64,000 bases of DNA from an uncultured Chlorobiaceae bacterium (GTDB lineage Bacteria; Bacteroidota; Ignavibacteria; UBA10030; SZUA-254): contig CAZEJT010000001.1 of NCBI GenBank assembly GCA_964512655.1, positions 564,217-628,216 of the forward strand. Reading direction: 5' to 3'. Below are positions 1 through 8,122 of this stretch, piece after piece; position 1 is the stretch's first letter, and each line of letters opens with the position of its first letter. The notes below the pieces were generated by a model that saw only the letters and a program-made list of their open reading frames with translations, had not been told where the DNA came from and did not search any database. The position numbers and the translations under genes are program-made.

Positions 1-734
1 CGCGCCTTCGCTTCATCGAAAGAAATGAGCTTCCCTCCGAAGACCGGGGAGCGCGCAATGGCGGCAAACAGCATTCCGGCCACGCGAGTATCGATTCCGA
101 AGCCCGCCTTCCCGTTGATCTTTTCCGCCAGATCCAGGCGTGGGGCCCTGGTGCCGATCACCCGAAAATCTTTTGGATCCTTCAGCCGGGGCGACGCCGG
201 AACCGGAATGCGAGAGGCGGCATCGACAAGATCGCCGTACGCTTTTGTCCGTCCGGTGGCACGATGAAGGACCTTTCCATTCTCCGCGGAGCAGTCGGCC
301 GCTTTAGCCCCCCACTCATGCGCCGCCGCGGCGATGAGCATTTCTCTCGCGGCCGCGCCCGCGGCGCGAAGCATATCCCATGATCGGCGAACGCTCGAGC
401 TCCCTCCGGTCCCCTGGCTCCCGTACCGGCTCTGCTCCGCATCCGCCTGCACAATACTGATTGTTGACCACTCCACCTCGAGCTCTTCCGCAACGATCAT
501 CGGGAGGGAGGTCCGAACACCCTGCCCCATCTCGGATTTTGCGACGGTGACGGTTACGCTTCCGCTTTTGTCGATCGAGAGCCACGCGTTCGGTGCGAAC
601 GCGCCTGCAGACTGCGATGGCGGCAGTGCCTGGGCTTCGCTCTCCGGCAGGTAGATCGCAATCACGAGCCCCGCTCCTGCCGCCGCGGTGCTTTTCAGAA
701 AGGTCCTGCGCGTTACCGCGGTTGATGAGATCAT
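1..734 (-). CDS. molybdopterin-binding large subunit of a xanthine-dehydrogenase-family hydroxylase (IorB / aldehyde oxidoreductase beta-like); N-terminal part, partial (runs off window start)
   Basis: Hand translation of the minus strand from ATG at 734..732 gives [44 protein letters not shown]..., a twin-arginine (RRxFLK) signal typical of this family. The open frame continues to position 1. The ATG overlaps the stop of the upstream 2Fe-2S subunit (ATGA). It is absent from the ORF track only because there is no in-window stop. Confidence 0.6.
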   Translation of the reverse strand, partial: MISSTAVTRRTFLKSTAAAGAGLVIAIYLPESEAQALPPSQSAGAFAPNAWLSIDKSGSVTVTVAKSEMGQGVRTSLPMIVAEELEVEWSTISIVQADAEQSRYGSQGTGGSSSVRRSWDMLRAAGAAAREMLIAAAAHEWGAKAADCSAENGKVLHRATGRTKAYGDLVDAASRIPVPASPRLKDPKDFRVIGTRAPRLDLAEKINGKAGFGIDTRVAGMLFAAIARSPVFGGKLISFDEAKA

Positions 735-1198
735 GGCTTTCCCGGTCCTCCCGCCGCCCTGTGTATCGCGCGGCGAATCCTGTTATAGGTGCCGCAGCGG
801 CAGATGTTTCCATTCATCGCCGCGTCGATTTCCTGGTCATTTGGATGAGGAGTATGCGCGAGAAGAGAAGCGGCAGACATGATCTGCCCGGACTGGCAAT
901 AGCCGCACTGTGGGACCTGCTCTACGATCCAGGCGAGTTGCAGGGGGTGAGAGCTCGTGGGGGAGAGCCCTTCAATCGTCGTGATGTTTTTCCCAGCGCA
1001 CTCTTCAGGAAGTGTGACGCAGGAACGGACGGCTTCTCCGTCCAACAAGACCGTGCACGCGCCGCAAAACGCCCTGCCGCATCCAAATTTGGTCCCCGTC
1101 AGGCCGAGAGCATCGCGGAGGATCCAGAGGAGGGGGGTCTGAGGGTCTGCTTCAACGCTCTGTTTCCTCCCGTTTACCGAAAGTGAGATCGAGGGCAT
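731..1198 (-). CDS. (2Fe-2S)-binding small subunit of molybdenum hydroxylase (IorA/CoxS-like)
   Basis: ORF 731..1270 contains the canonical 2Fe-2S motifs [21 protein letters not shown] and [10 protein letters not shown]. The internal Met ([12 protein letters not shown]) at 1198 is the family-typical start. Confidence 0.85.
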   Translation of the reverse strand: MPSISLSVNGRKQSVEADPQTPLLWILRDALGLTGTKFGCGRAFCGACTVLLDGEAVRSCVTLPEECAGKNITTIEGLSPTSSHPLQLAWIVEQVPQCGYCQSGQIMSAASLLAHTPHPNDQEIDAAMNGNICRCGTYNRIRRAIHRAAGGPGKP

Positions 1199-1283
1199 AG
1201 GGTTCCCCGCGTGATGAAGAATGGTAGGAAAAACGCAAGGAAGTGTCAAATTAGCCGCACCGTCCGGCATCTCCTAAAAACTC

Positions 1284-1298
1284 TTAAGAACATTCTAA
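1284..1298. promoter_or_regulatory. imperfect inverted repeat TTAAGAACATTCTAA (near-palindrome), candidate operator; its reverse complement shares a 12-nt core with the perfect palindrome at 7977..7990
   Basis: Read directly at 1284-1298 in an AT-rich intergenic region between the IorA start and tRNA-Leu. It is followed by the direct repeat AAGATTA-GAG-AAGATTA at 1301-1317. Confidence 0.25.
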
Positions 1299-1525
1299 GG
1301 AAGATTAGAGAAGATTAACTATGAAAGCCCTGCTGAGAGTTGTATATTCGATTAGTGTGGCAATCGTATTCCTCCGTAAATCTTGAGTGGATGGGTGGAT
1401 GGAGGATACAAGCGGAGGAGGGCAGAGCATAGGCTGTTCTCCTCCCGTCATTTTGGGGGGCCGGAACAGCCCGCGTTTCATCCTACCTTGAAATTTTCCC
1501 CGGAAAATCGTACGTTCCATCTGCC

Positions 1526-1612
1526 GCGCGAGTGGTGGAACTGGCAGACACACCATCTTGAGGGGGTGGCGCCCGGAAGGGCATGCGAGTTCAAGTCTCG
1601 CCTCGCGCACCA
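1526..1612 (+). tRNA. tRNA-Leu (anticodon GAG), type II with long variable arm, CCA encoded
   Basis: Manual fold. Acceptor GCGCGAG/CTCGCGC. Anticodon stem CCATC/GGTGG with loop TTGAGGG (anticodon GAG). Variable hairpin GCCC-GGAA-GGGC. T-arm GCGAG-TTCAAGT-CTCGC. 3' ACCA. Confidence 0.8.
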
Positions 1613-1671
1613 GAATACTCCCCAAAACGCTTGACTTTGACAATAGCGAATAGTATCTTGGCGGGGTAATA

Positions 1672-2079
1672 ATGCGAATCCCCGCCATAGCGATCTCGCT
1701 TGTTCTCCTCACTTGGGGCATTTCCCGCGCCGAAGTAATCAAACCCTCTTCTCTTCAGGCAAGCAGCGACGGCGTCAATATCACCGTTCGATGGATCACC
1801 GAGGACGAGTCGAATGTTTCGAGGTTTGACATCGAGCGGAGCACCGACAACGACGGCGCGTATACGACCATCGCCACCCTCGATCCCAAGGGGCCTTCGC
1901 TCTATGAATATGTCGACCGCTCGGTGTTCCGAAAAACCGCAACGATTTACCATTACCGGATCAAGATATCCTTCACCAACGGCGCCGCGCCCGCGTACAC
2001 AATCGACCTGCCGGTGAACCACACTGTATCGGGCGTCCGCCGAACCTGGGGCAGCATCAAGGCGATGTTCCGTTATTGA
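1672..2079 (+). CDS. hypothetical small secreted protein (signal peptide, Fn3/Ig-like beta-rich domain)
   Basis: N-terminal MRIPAIAISLVLLTWGISRA signal-like segment and a coherent beta-rich composition. The overlapping minus-strand ORF 1591..2172 looks like a shadow ORF. Lower GC than surroundings. Confidence 0.45.
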   Translation: MRIPAIAISLVLLTWGISRAEVIKPSSLQASSDGVNITVRWITEDESNVSRFDIERSTDNDGAYTTIATLDPKGPSLYEYVDRSVFRKTATIYHYRIKISFTNGAAPAYTIDLPVNHTVSGVRRTWGSIKAMFRY

Positions 2080-2149
2080 AGAAGCGTCCGGGGATGAGGT
2101 CCATTGCAGCTCCTGAGAGCGAAGCCGTTGCGTCGCTCTTTTTTGTTTT

Positions 2150-2749
2150 GTGACGGACGCTCCGGCACCCAAAAAGCTTGTGCTGGCCTCGGGGTCGCCG
2201 CGGCGCAGGCACCTTCTCGCGCAGATCGGCGTAGCCTTTGAAGCGCGGGAAAGCGGCGTCGATGAGGAACCCTACAGGGGTGAAGGGCCGGAACGCTATG
2301 TTGGGGTCCTCTCTGAGCAAAAGGCACGCGCCGTCGCACGCTCGTTCGCAGATGCGATCATCATCGGGGCGGATACGATTGTCGTCATCGACGGGACGGT
2401 TCTCGGGAAGCCGGCGGACAAGCGCGACGCGTCGCGGATGCTCACAATGCTCAGCGGGAGGACGCACGACGTGTACAGCGGACTCACGCTGATCGAGACG
2501 CCCTCGGGAAGGAGCGCGGCCGCGGTCGAACGAACCTCAGTCACCTTCCGCGTTCTGTCGGAGGAGGAGATCTCGGGGTACGTCGCATCGGGATCGCCCA
2601 TGGACAAGGCGGGCGGGTACGGGATTCAGGACGACAGGGGCGCCGTCTTCGTTGAGCGTGTTGAGGGGTGTTTTTACAACGTGATGGGGCTCCCCTTGTC
2701 GCGTCTCTATGTGGCTCTGCGGGACTTTCAGAACCTGATCACGAAATAG
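2150..2749 (+). CDS. maf: Maf-like nucleoside triphosphate pyrophosphatase (septum formation protein Maf)
   Basis: [15 protein letters not shown]-terminal motif and overall Maf family architecture. Confidence 0.9.
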   Translation: MTDAPAPKKLVLASGSPRRRHLLAQIGVAFEARESGVDEEPYRGEGPERYVGVLSEQKARAVARSFADAIIIGADTIVVIDGTVLGKPADKRDASRMLTMLSGRTHDVYSGLTLIETPSGRSAAAVERTSVTFRVLSEEEISGYVASGSPMDKAGGYGIQDDRGAVFVERVEGCFYNVMGLPLSRLYVALRDFQNLITK

Positions 2750-2759
2750 CAGGACTTCG

Positions 2760-3167
2760 ATGGCGAAAAAGATACGCATCCTGATCGCAAAAGTAGGCCT
2801 CGACGGGCACGACCGCGGAGCGAAAGTGATCGCGGCAGCCCTCCGCGATGCCGGCATGGAAGTGATCTATACGGGTCTCCGGAAGAGCCCGGAGATGGTC
2901 GTTGAAGCGGCGCTTCAGGAGGATGTTGATGCGATCGGGGTGAGCCTTCTCAGCGGGGCGCACATGACAATTTTTCCGCGGATCCTCGCTCTGATGAAGG
3001 AGAAAAAGCTCGAAAACGTCCTGCTCTTCGGGGGAGGCATTATTCCGGACCAGGACATCAGGGAGCTCAAGTCGATGGGCGTTGGCGAACTCTTTACTCC
3101 CGGCGCCTCGACCATCGAAATCGTTTCATACGTTAGGGAGTGGGTGGGGGCGCGCAGGCCCTCCTAG
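2760..3167 (+). CDS. methylmalonyl-CoA mutase family B12-binding subunit (stand-alone cobalamin-binding domain)
   Basis: [33 protein letters not shown] is the B12-binding DxHxxG motif of the MCM/ICM small subunit. Confidence 0.85.
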   Translation: MAKKIRILIAKVGLDGHDRGAKVIAAALRDAGMEVIYTGLRKSPEMVVEAALQEDVDAIGVSLLSGAHMTIFPRILALMKEKKLENVLLFGGGIIPDQDIRELKSMGVGELFTPGASTIEIVSYVREWVGARRPS

Positions 3168-3175
3168 GGACGCGC

Positions 3176-5593
3176 TCAACCCTCGTCGGTCCAGTTGGGG
3201 GACTCGGCGGGAGCGGTTTCAGATTCTTCTTCATTTCCGCCTTCGGCCGCGGCAACGGGCTGTGTCAGGATCTCAATTCCCTCGGGTGAGAACGGAAAGA
3301 GGTCGTCGACGGAAAAGATCTTTCTGAAATCACCGGAACTGAAGAATGGCTCGAATTTGCGGGAGAGCTCGTCGAGCCGCTTCTGATAGTATCTGACGTT
3401 TTCGTCGGGGAAATTAGGATCCCATTCTTCCGATAGCCGCGCGTGCTCGAACCCCCTGACGTTCACATCGCTGCCGGTGATGTAATAGGAGATCCGGTCG
3501 CCCGGCCTCCAGCGGTTCCCCGACGCGATGGCTGCCTCGTAATTCGCCGACTTGTTTCTGGCCCCTGCCTCGACCGCCCCGGCATACTGATCCATGCTCT
3601 CCTTGAGAGTCTCTACCCGCGCAAACTCTTCCACGCTCAAGGCATGATCGCCGAGATCGCGGTGGTATCTCGCGTAGGCGCTATGAAGCGCCTCGATATC
3701 GCGCCTGAGGAGGGCTTCGATGCATTCGCGCAGATAGTTCCTCCCGAATCGTTCGACGTTGCGTGATGTGAGCGATGATCCCTTTATTTTGACCCGGCCG
3801 TCTTCTCCGAGGAGGGCGTAGTTCTTCTTCTTGTAGCTCATGATCAGGCTGTACCGCCCGTTGACCGCGAGCCGAATCCCCCCGGGAAGAGAAGACGCCA
3901 CGCGGGCGACGAACGCGTCTACATCCTCGCCGCTGAGCACCCCTGGAGGTGGGACGAAGAAAATCCCGTCGGTATCGACCATGATGACAATCCCGCCCCC
4001 CTCGCCGATGGCGGCGATCAGCGTGCGAAGCATACGCTGTCCCGTCTGCGTCACCCGGTCCGCCGCCTCGGGGTCGCTGAAGAGCGCGCGCGTGTATCCC
4101 AGGTACCCGTAGAACGAATTGATGAGGATCTTGAAGGAGGACTGCATCGCGTCGTACTTGGACCTGTGAACCGCATCGCGGCTCCTCTGCATCTTGCGTT
4201 TCGTGTTGATTCTCATCTCCGTCAGGCTCTCGAGCGCGTGGTGGAACACGCCGAGCGTTTCGGAGCACGGTCCTATCCGGCCGGAGAGCATGATTGAAGG
4301 ATACAGCGACTCGACGTCGACATCAACGATCGGGCCGAGGATTCCCGTGTGATAGATGTCGGCGTATCCCCCGGTGGTCTGGAGGCCGGGCCGCGGCCTG
4401 GGGATCGAATGCTTCCGGCGGACGTATTCCCGGACGATCAGGGATTCGATTTTTGCGGCCGAACCGATCCGCGCCACCGTTCCGTAGTTGAACGGAAGAA
4501 TGTTCGAGAGGTAGAAATACGTGGGCGAAAGATATTCCGCGAGCATCCTGGTTTCGTAGACGTCGTCGGAGGCGTACCGGAAAAGCCGGTCGGGTTCATG
4601 CTCCCAGGTCCAGGAGATGCGGTCCGGCTGAATGTATTCCCTCCCCGAGCGCGCAAAGCCGAAGTGCCGGGCGGCCTGTTTCAAGCCGTAGCTTTCGAGC
4701 GTTCTTTTTGAGGCGTCGTATGCCTGAAGGAGAAGCCACGTGTCGACGATGTGCCTTCCGGCAATCTCCCACACAGTGTAATCGAACGCGCGCTCCGCGA
4801 ATACGCTGCGCGATTCGAATGACCGCGCGGGGGAGCCGTCGCGTCCGATCCTGAATTCGATCCCGTGCAGGCGGCATCGGGCCATCATATAGGGGAGATC
4901 GAAATTGTAAATGTTGTGTCCCTCGATCACATCGGGATCACGCTTCCGGATAATGCCGATCACTTCCCTCAGGAGCGCGTCTTCCGTCATGTGCGGATTC
5001 CCGACGACCTCTTCCCAACCCCGGTTATCGGAGAGCGCCACGAGAATGATCCGGTCTTCCGGGCGGGAGGCGTTGCTGAATTTCGATCCCCGGGCGGAAT
5101 ACGTTTCGATGTCGAGCTGCAGCCGGTGAAGCTCGTCGAACTCCATTCCCTTGAAGAGCGTCATCCCCGTCTGCATGAGGAACTGCGAAACCGCGTCGGG
5201 CCGGAGGTGGAGCGAGGGGAGGTCGGCGTACGAGGCAACGGAGCCGCCCGTGCGTTCGTTCGACCGCGTGATCAGCTGATTCACCCCCTCCCACATGTCC
5301 GACCAGCGGGTGAATGCGCAGAGGAAACGGAAATCGTTCCCCCCGTCGAGCTTCTTGATCCAGTGCTTCTGGGGAAAGCCCTCGAGAAGGGTGGAATCGG
5401 TCAGGAAGAAGAACGGATAGAACTCATGTTCCTTCTGAACGACGGAGCGCTGATCTCTCTGGAAGACCCGCATCGTCCCCTCGCCGGAGTGCTGGACAGC
5501 AAGGATGCGTTCCTGGGCGTTTTGTCCGAAGAGGATCGCGTCGGGGGCCGCAGCCCGCTCACTTCTTTCGGCTGCGTTCGAGGAACGGTTCAA
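3176..5593 (-). CDS. polB: family B DNA polymerase (DNA polymerase II-like) with intact 3'-5' exonuclease and polymerase motifs
   Basis: Exo I LDIETYS, Exo II YNFDLPY, Exo III YASDDVY, Pol [11 protein letters not shown], Pol [13 protein letters not shown], Pol [10 protein letters not shown]. The true start may be the internal Met at about 5473, because the first 35 nt overlap the band-7 gene. Confidence 0.85.
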   Translation of the reverse strand: MNRSSNAAERSERAAAPDAILFGQNAQERILAVQHSGEGTMRVFQRDQRSVVQKEHEFYPFFFLTDSTLLEGFPQKHWIKKLDGGNDFRFLCAFTRWSDMWEGVNQLITRSNERTGGSVASYADLPSLHLRPDAVSQFLMQTGMTLFKGMEFDELHRLQLDIETYSARGSKFSNASRPEDRIILVALSDNRGWEEVVGNPHMTEDALLREVIGIIRKRDPDVIEGHNIYNFDLPYMMARCRLHGIEFRIGRDGSPARSFESRSVFAERAFDYTVWEIAGRHIVDTWLLLQAYDASKRTLESYGLKQAARHFGFARSGREYIQPDRISWTWEHEPDRLFRYASDDVYETRMLAEYLSPTYFYLSNILPFNYGTVARIGSAAKIESLIVREYVRRKHSIPRPRPGLQTTGGYADIYHTGILGPIVDVDVESLYPSIMLSGRIGPCSETLGVFHHALESLTEMRINTKRKMQRSRDAVHRSKYDAMQSSFKILINSFYGYLGYTRALFSDPEAADRVTQTGQRMLRTLIAAIGEGGGIVIMVDTDGIFFVPPPGVLSGEDVDAFVARVASSLPGGIRLAVNGRYSLIMSYKKKNYALLGEDGRVKIKGSSLTSRNVERFGRNYLRECIEALLRRDIEALHSAYARYHRDLGDHALSVEEFARVETLKESMDQYAGAVEAGARNKSANYEAAIASGNRWRPGDRISYYITGSDVNVRGFEHARLSEEWDPNFPDENVRYYQKRLDELSRKFEPFFSSGDFRKIFSVDDLFPFSPEGIEILTQPVAAAEGGNEEESETAPAESPNWTDEG

Positions 5594-6320
5594 GGAGATC
5601 GATGGGAACGGGGAAGAGGATCGTGGAATTCTTGTCTACGGCCACTTCCGTCAGGGTCTGGAGGAAGCGGAGCTGGAGGGCGATGGGGTTTTCTCCGATG
5701 ACGGCGGCGGCTTCGGAGAGTCTCTGGCTTGCCTGGAACTCGCCCTCGGCGTGGACGACTTTCGCCCTCCGCTCCCGTTCCGCCTCGGCCTGCTTCGCCA
5801 TCGCGCGCTGCATCTCGATGGGAAGGTCGATCTGCTTCACCTCCACGTTGGACACCTTGATTCCCCAGGGCTCCGCGTGCTCGTCGATGATCTTCTGGAG
5901 CTCGCGGTTGATTTTATCGCGCTGGGAGAGGAGCTCGTCGAGCTCCGACTGGCCGAGGACGCTCCGGAGCGTGGTCTGCGAGAGCTGTGAGGTGGCGAAG
6001 AGGAAGTTCTCGACCTCGACGATTGATTTTTCCGGCTGGACAACCCTGAAATAGATCACGGCGTTCACCTTAATCGAAACATTGTCGCGCGTGATGACGT
6101 CCTGCGTCGGGACGTCGAGCACGACTGTCCGGAGGCTCACCTTGACCATCCGGTCCACGATCGGGATGAGAAAGATCACCCCGGGCCCCTTCGCGGCGAT
6201 AAGCCTTCCGAGGCGGAAAATCACTCCTCGTTCGTACTCGCGGAGGATGCGGATCGCGTTGAACACAATGATGACGCCGAAGAATACGAGAATGAAAACA
6301 AAGTATGGAACCATTTCCAT
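5559..6320 (-). CDS. SPFH/band-7 (stomatin-like) membrane protein
   Basis: N-terminal TM helix then SPFH core ([58 protein letters not shown]) and a coiled-coil tail. Paired with the upstream NfeD gene. Confidence 0.85.
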   Translation of the reverse strand: MEMVPYFVFILVFFGVIIVFNAIRILREYERGVIFRLGRLIAAKGPGVIFLIPIVDRMVKVSLRTVVLDVPTQDVITRDNVSIKVNAVIYFRVVQPEKSIVEVENFLFATSQLSQTTLRSVLGQSELDELLSQRDKINRELQKIIDEHAEPWGIKVSNVEVKQIDLPIEMQRAMAKQAEAERERRAKVVHAEGEFQASQRLSEAAAVIGENPIALQLRFLQTLTEVAVDKNSTILFPVPIDLLEPFLERSRKK

Positions 6321-6341
6321 GGTGTTCTCCCGAAAGGCGGT

Positions 6342-7625
6342 TTATGAAAACTTTCTGATTTTCAGCCGGAGGTTTTCGACCAGCTCAACTCTTACGGCCG
6401 TTCCTTTCTTCAGAGGCCCGTCAAGGCTCGTGGCATTCCAGATCTCCCCGTGCACCCTGATCTGGCCGTCGGGCTTCAGATCGGTCATCGCCTCACCCGC
6501 TTCGCCGATGATCCCCTGGACGCCCGTTACCGGCTTCAGCCGCTGGGCTCTGACACCCATCCCGATGGCGAAGATGAAGAAGGCGGCTGTGACCGCGACA
6601 ACCACAAAGATCACCTGCCAGGAGACGGTGATGATGTCAAGGGTCGAGCCGGAGCGGAAGAGCATCACCGACCCGAGGAGAAGGGAGATGATCCCTCCGG
6701 CGGTCAGGAGGCCGTGGCTCGGCACCTTGAGCTCCACGACGAAGAGGAGGACTCCGAAAATGATCAGGGCCAGCCCTGCATAGTTGACGGGGAGCGTATG
6801 GAGCGAGTAGAGCGCGAGGACCAGGGAAATGAAACCCACGATCCCCGGGAGGATCGCGCCCGGGTTGTACAACTCGAAGAGGAGGCCGTAGAATCCCAGC
6901 ATCATGAGAAGGTAGGCGATATTCGGGTCGCTCAGGATATCGAGAAGCTTCTGCTGAAACGACTTCTCCACGCTCGTCACCGCGGCATTTCTCGTATGGA
7001 GCACCCTGCTTTCTTCGCCGGCCTGCACCGTCTTTCCGTCGATCTTCTCGAGCAGATCGGAAACGGACGCGGCGATTGTGTCGATGACGTGCAGCCTGAG
7101 GGCTTCGGTCTCGGTGATTGACTTGCTGGAGCGGACCGCGTCTTCGGCCCAGCGGACGTTTCGTTTCCTTTTTTCGCTGATGGTCCTGATGAATGCCGCG
7201 GCATCGTTGGTCACCTTGGTCATCATCACCGAATCCATCTGTTCCCCGAGAGTGACGGGATGCGCGGCGCCGATATTCGTCCCCGGGGCCATCGCGGCAA
7301 TGCTCGCCGCGAGGGTCACAAAGACGCCCGCCGATGCCGCCTGAGAGCCCTGAGGCGACACGTAGACTATCACCGGAACCGGCGACGTGAGAAAATCCGA
7401 TACAATCGCGCGGGTCGATACAAGAAGGCCGCCGGGAGTGTTCAGCCTCACGATCAGGCATTCGGCGCGGGATGCAGACGCCCTGGCGATCTGTTCATGG
7501 ATAAAATCGGCTGAGGAGGGGTTGATCGCTCCGTCGATGGTGACGACGACTGCCTCGCGCGATTGCGCGCGGAGTGCGGCAGTCTGGAGGAGCAGTAAGA
7601 AGATGTAGGAAATGGGGCGCAGCAC
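6342..7625 (-). CDS. NfeD-family membrane-bound serine protease (ClpP-class, stomatin operon partner)
   Basis: ClpP-like domain (VVVTIDGAINPSSADFI...), multi-TM middle region and C-terminal OB-fold (NfeD short) domain. Track ORF 6342..7898 overlaps tRNA-Ser at 7668..7754, so the start is re-called at the in-frame GTG (codon at 7625..7623), giving the signal-like N-terminus VLRPISYIFLLLLQTAALRAQS. Confidence 0.75.
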   Translation of the reverse strand: MLRPISYIFLLLLQTAALRAQSREAVVVTIDGAINPSSADFIHEQIARASASRAECLIVRLNTPGGLLVSTRAIVSDFLTSPVPVIVYVSPQGSQAASAGVFVTLAASIAAMAPGTNIGAAHPVTLGEQMDSVMMTKVTNDAAAFIRTISEKRKRNVRWAEDAVRSSKSITETEALRLHVIDTIAASVSDLLEKIDGKTVQAGEESRVLHTRNAAVTSVEKSFQQKLLDILSDPNIAYLLMMLGFYGLLFELYNPGAILPGIVGFISLVLALYSLHTLPVNYAGLALIIFGVLLFVVELKVPSHGLLTAGGIISLLLGSVMLFRSGSTLDIITVSWQVIFVVVAVTAAFFIFAIGMGVRAQRLKPVTGVQGIIGEAGEAMTDLKPDGQIRVHGEIWNATSLDGPLKKGTAVRVELVENLRLKIRKFS

Positions 7626-7667
7626 AGAGAGTCTTATCCGCCGTGAGGCCGGGATGCGCTTCGGGAG

Positions 7668-7754
7668 CGGAAAGGGAGAGATTCGAACTCTCGGTACCCT
7701 TTCGGGTACACACGCTTTCCAGGCGTGCCAGTTAAGCCGCTCCTGCACCTTTCC
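7668..7754 (-). tRNA. tRNA-Ser (anticodon GGA), type II
   Basis: The reverse complement folds with acceptor GGAAAGG/CCTTTCC, anticodon stem CACGC/GCGTG, loop CTGGAAA (anticodon GGA), variable hairpin GTACCC-GAAA-GGGTAC and T-arm GAGAG-TTCGAAT-CTCTC. CCA is not encoded. Confidence 0.8.
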
Positions 7755-7976
7755 GGATGATAAACTGCGAAAAATATACGGTAAATCCGTGTGAAAGTAA
7801 AATGAGGGGGTGGGGGGGGTGAAAAGCAAAACGCCCAGGTCGGGGGCTTGCCTGAGCGTTTGTTCTACATTCCGCCAGTGTTGATAGGGACTGAACACCG
7901 ACAGAAATAAGAGGCTGCCGATGAATCGGCTATTGCATGGTACTGATTCAGTTCGAGAGTGTCAAGAAGAAAATTA

Positions 7977-7990
7977 TTAGAATGTTCTAA
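7977..7990. promoter_or_regulatory. perfect palindrome TTAGAA-TG-TTCTAA, candidate operator upstream of the secreted-protein cluster
   Basis: Read directly in the AT-rich 370-nt intergenic region, about 130 nt upstream of the 8123 start. The same 12-nt core occurs at 1284..1298. Confidence 0.3.
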
Positions 7991-8122
7991 TAGATTGCCT
8001 GGGGCCGTCCTCCAGAACGGCGGGAAGGGGGTGAACCGGTTTTGATTTTGAGGTAATTAAGTTCTATATTGCCAGCCGAATTTTTCTCCCTTCGAACCAC
8101 CCTACTCAGAGTATGTAAGTTG

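Noticed and set aside
1305-1742. 145-aa minus-strand ORF spanning the tRNA-Leu region
   Set aside because: It overlaps the tRNA gene and an AT-rich intergenic region, and has no coherent protein features.
1591-2172. 193-aa minus-strand ORF overlapping the 1672..2079 plus-strand gene
   Set aside because: The plus-strand product has a clean signal peptide and beta-rich domain composition. The minus-strand translation is Arg/Gly-rich junk, so the plus strand was kept.
7668-7754. Possible selenocysteine tRNA (long type II tRNA starting GGAAAGG)
   Set aside because: The anticodon loop reads CTGGAAA (anticodon GGA, serine) with a standard 7-bp acceptor. There is no UCA anticodon or 8-bp acceptor.
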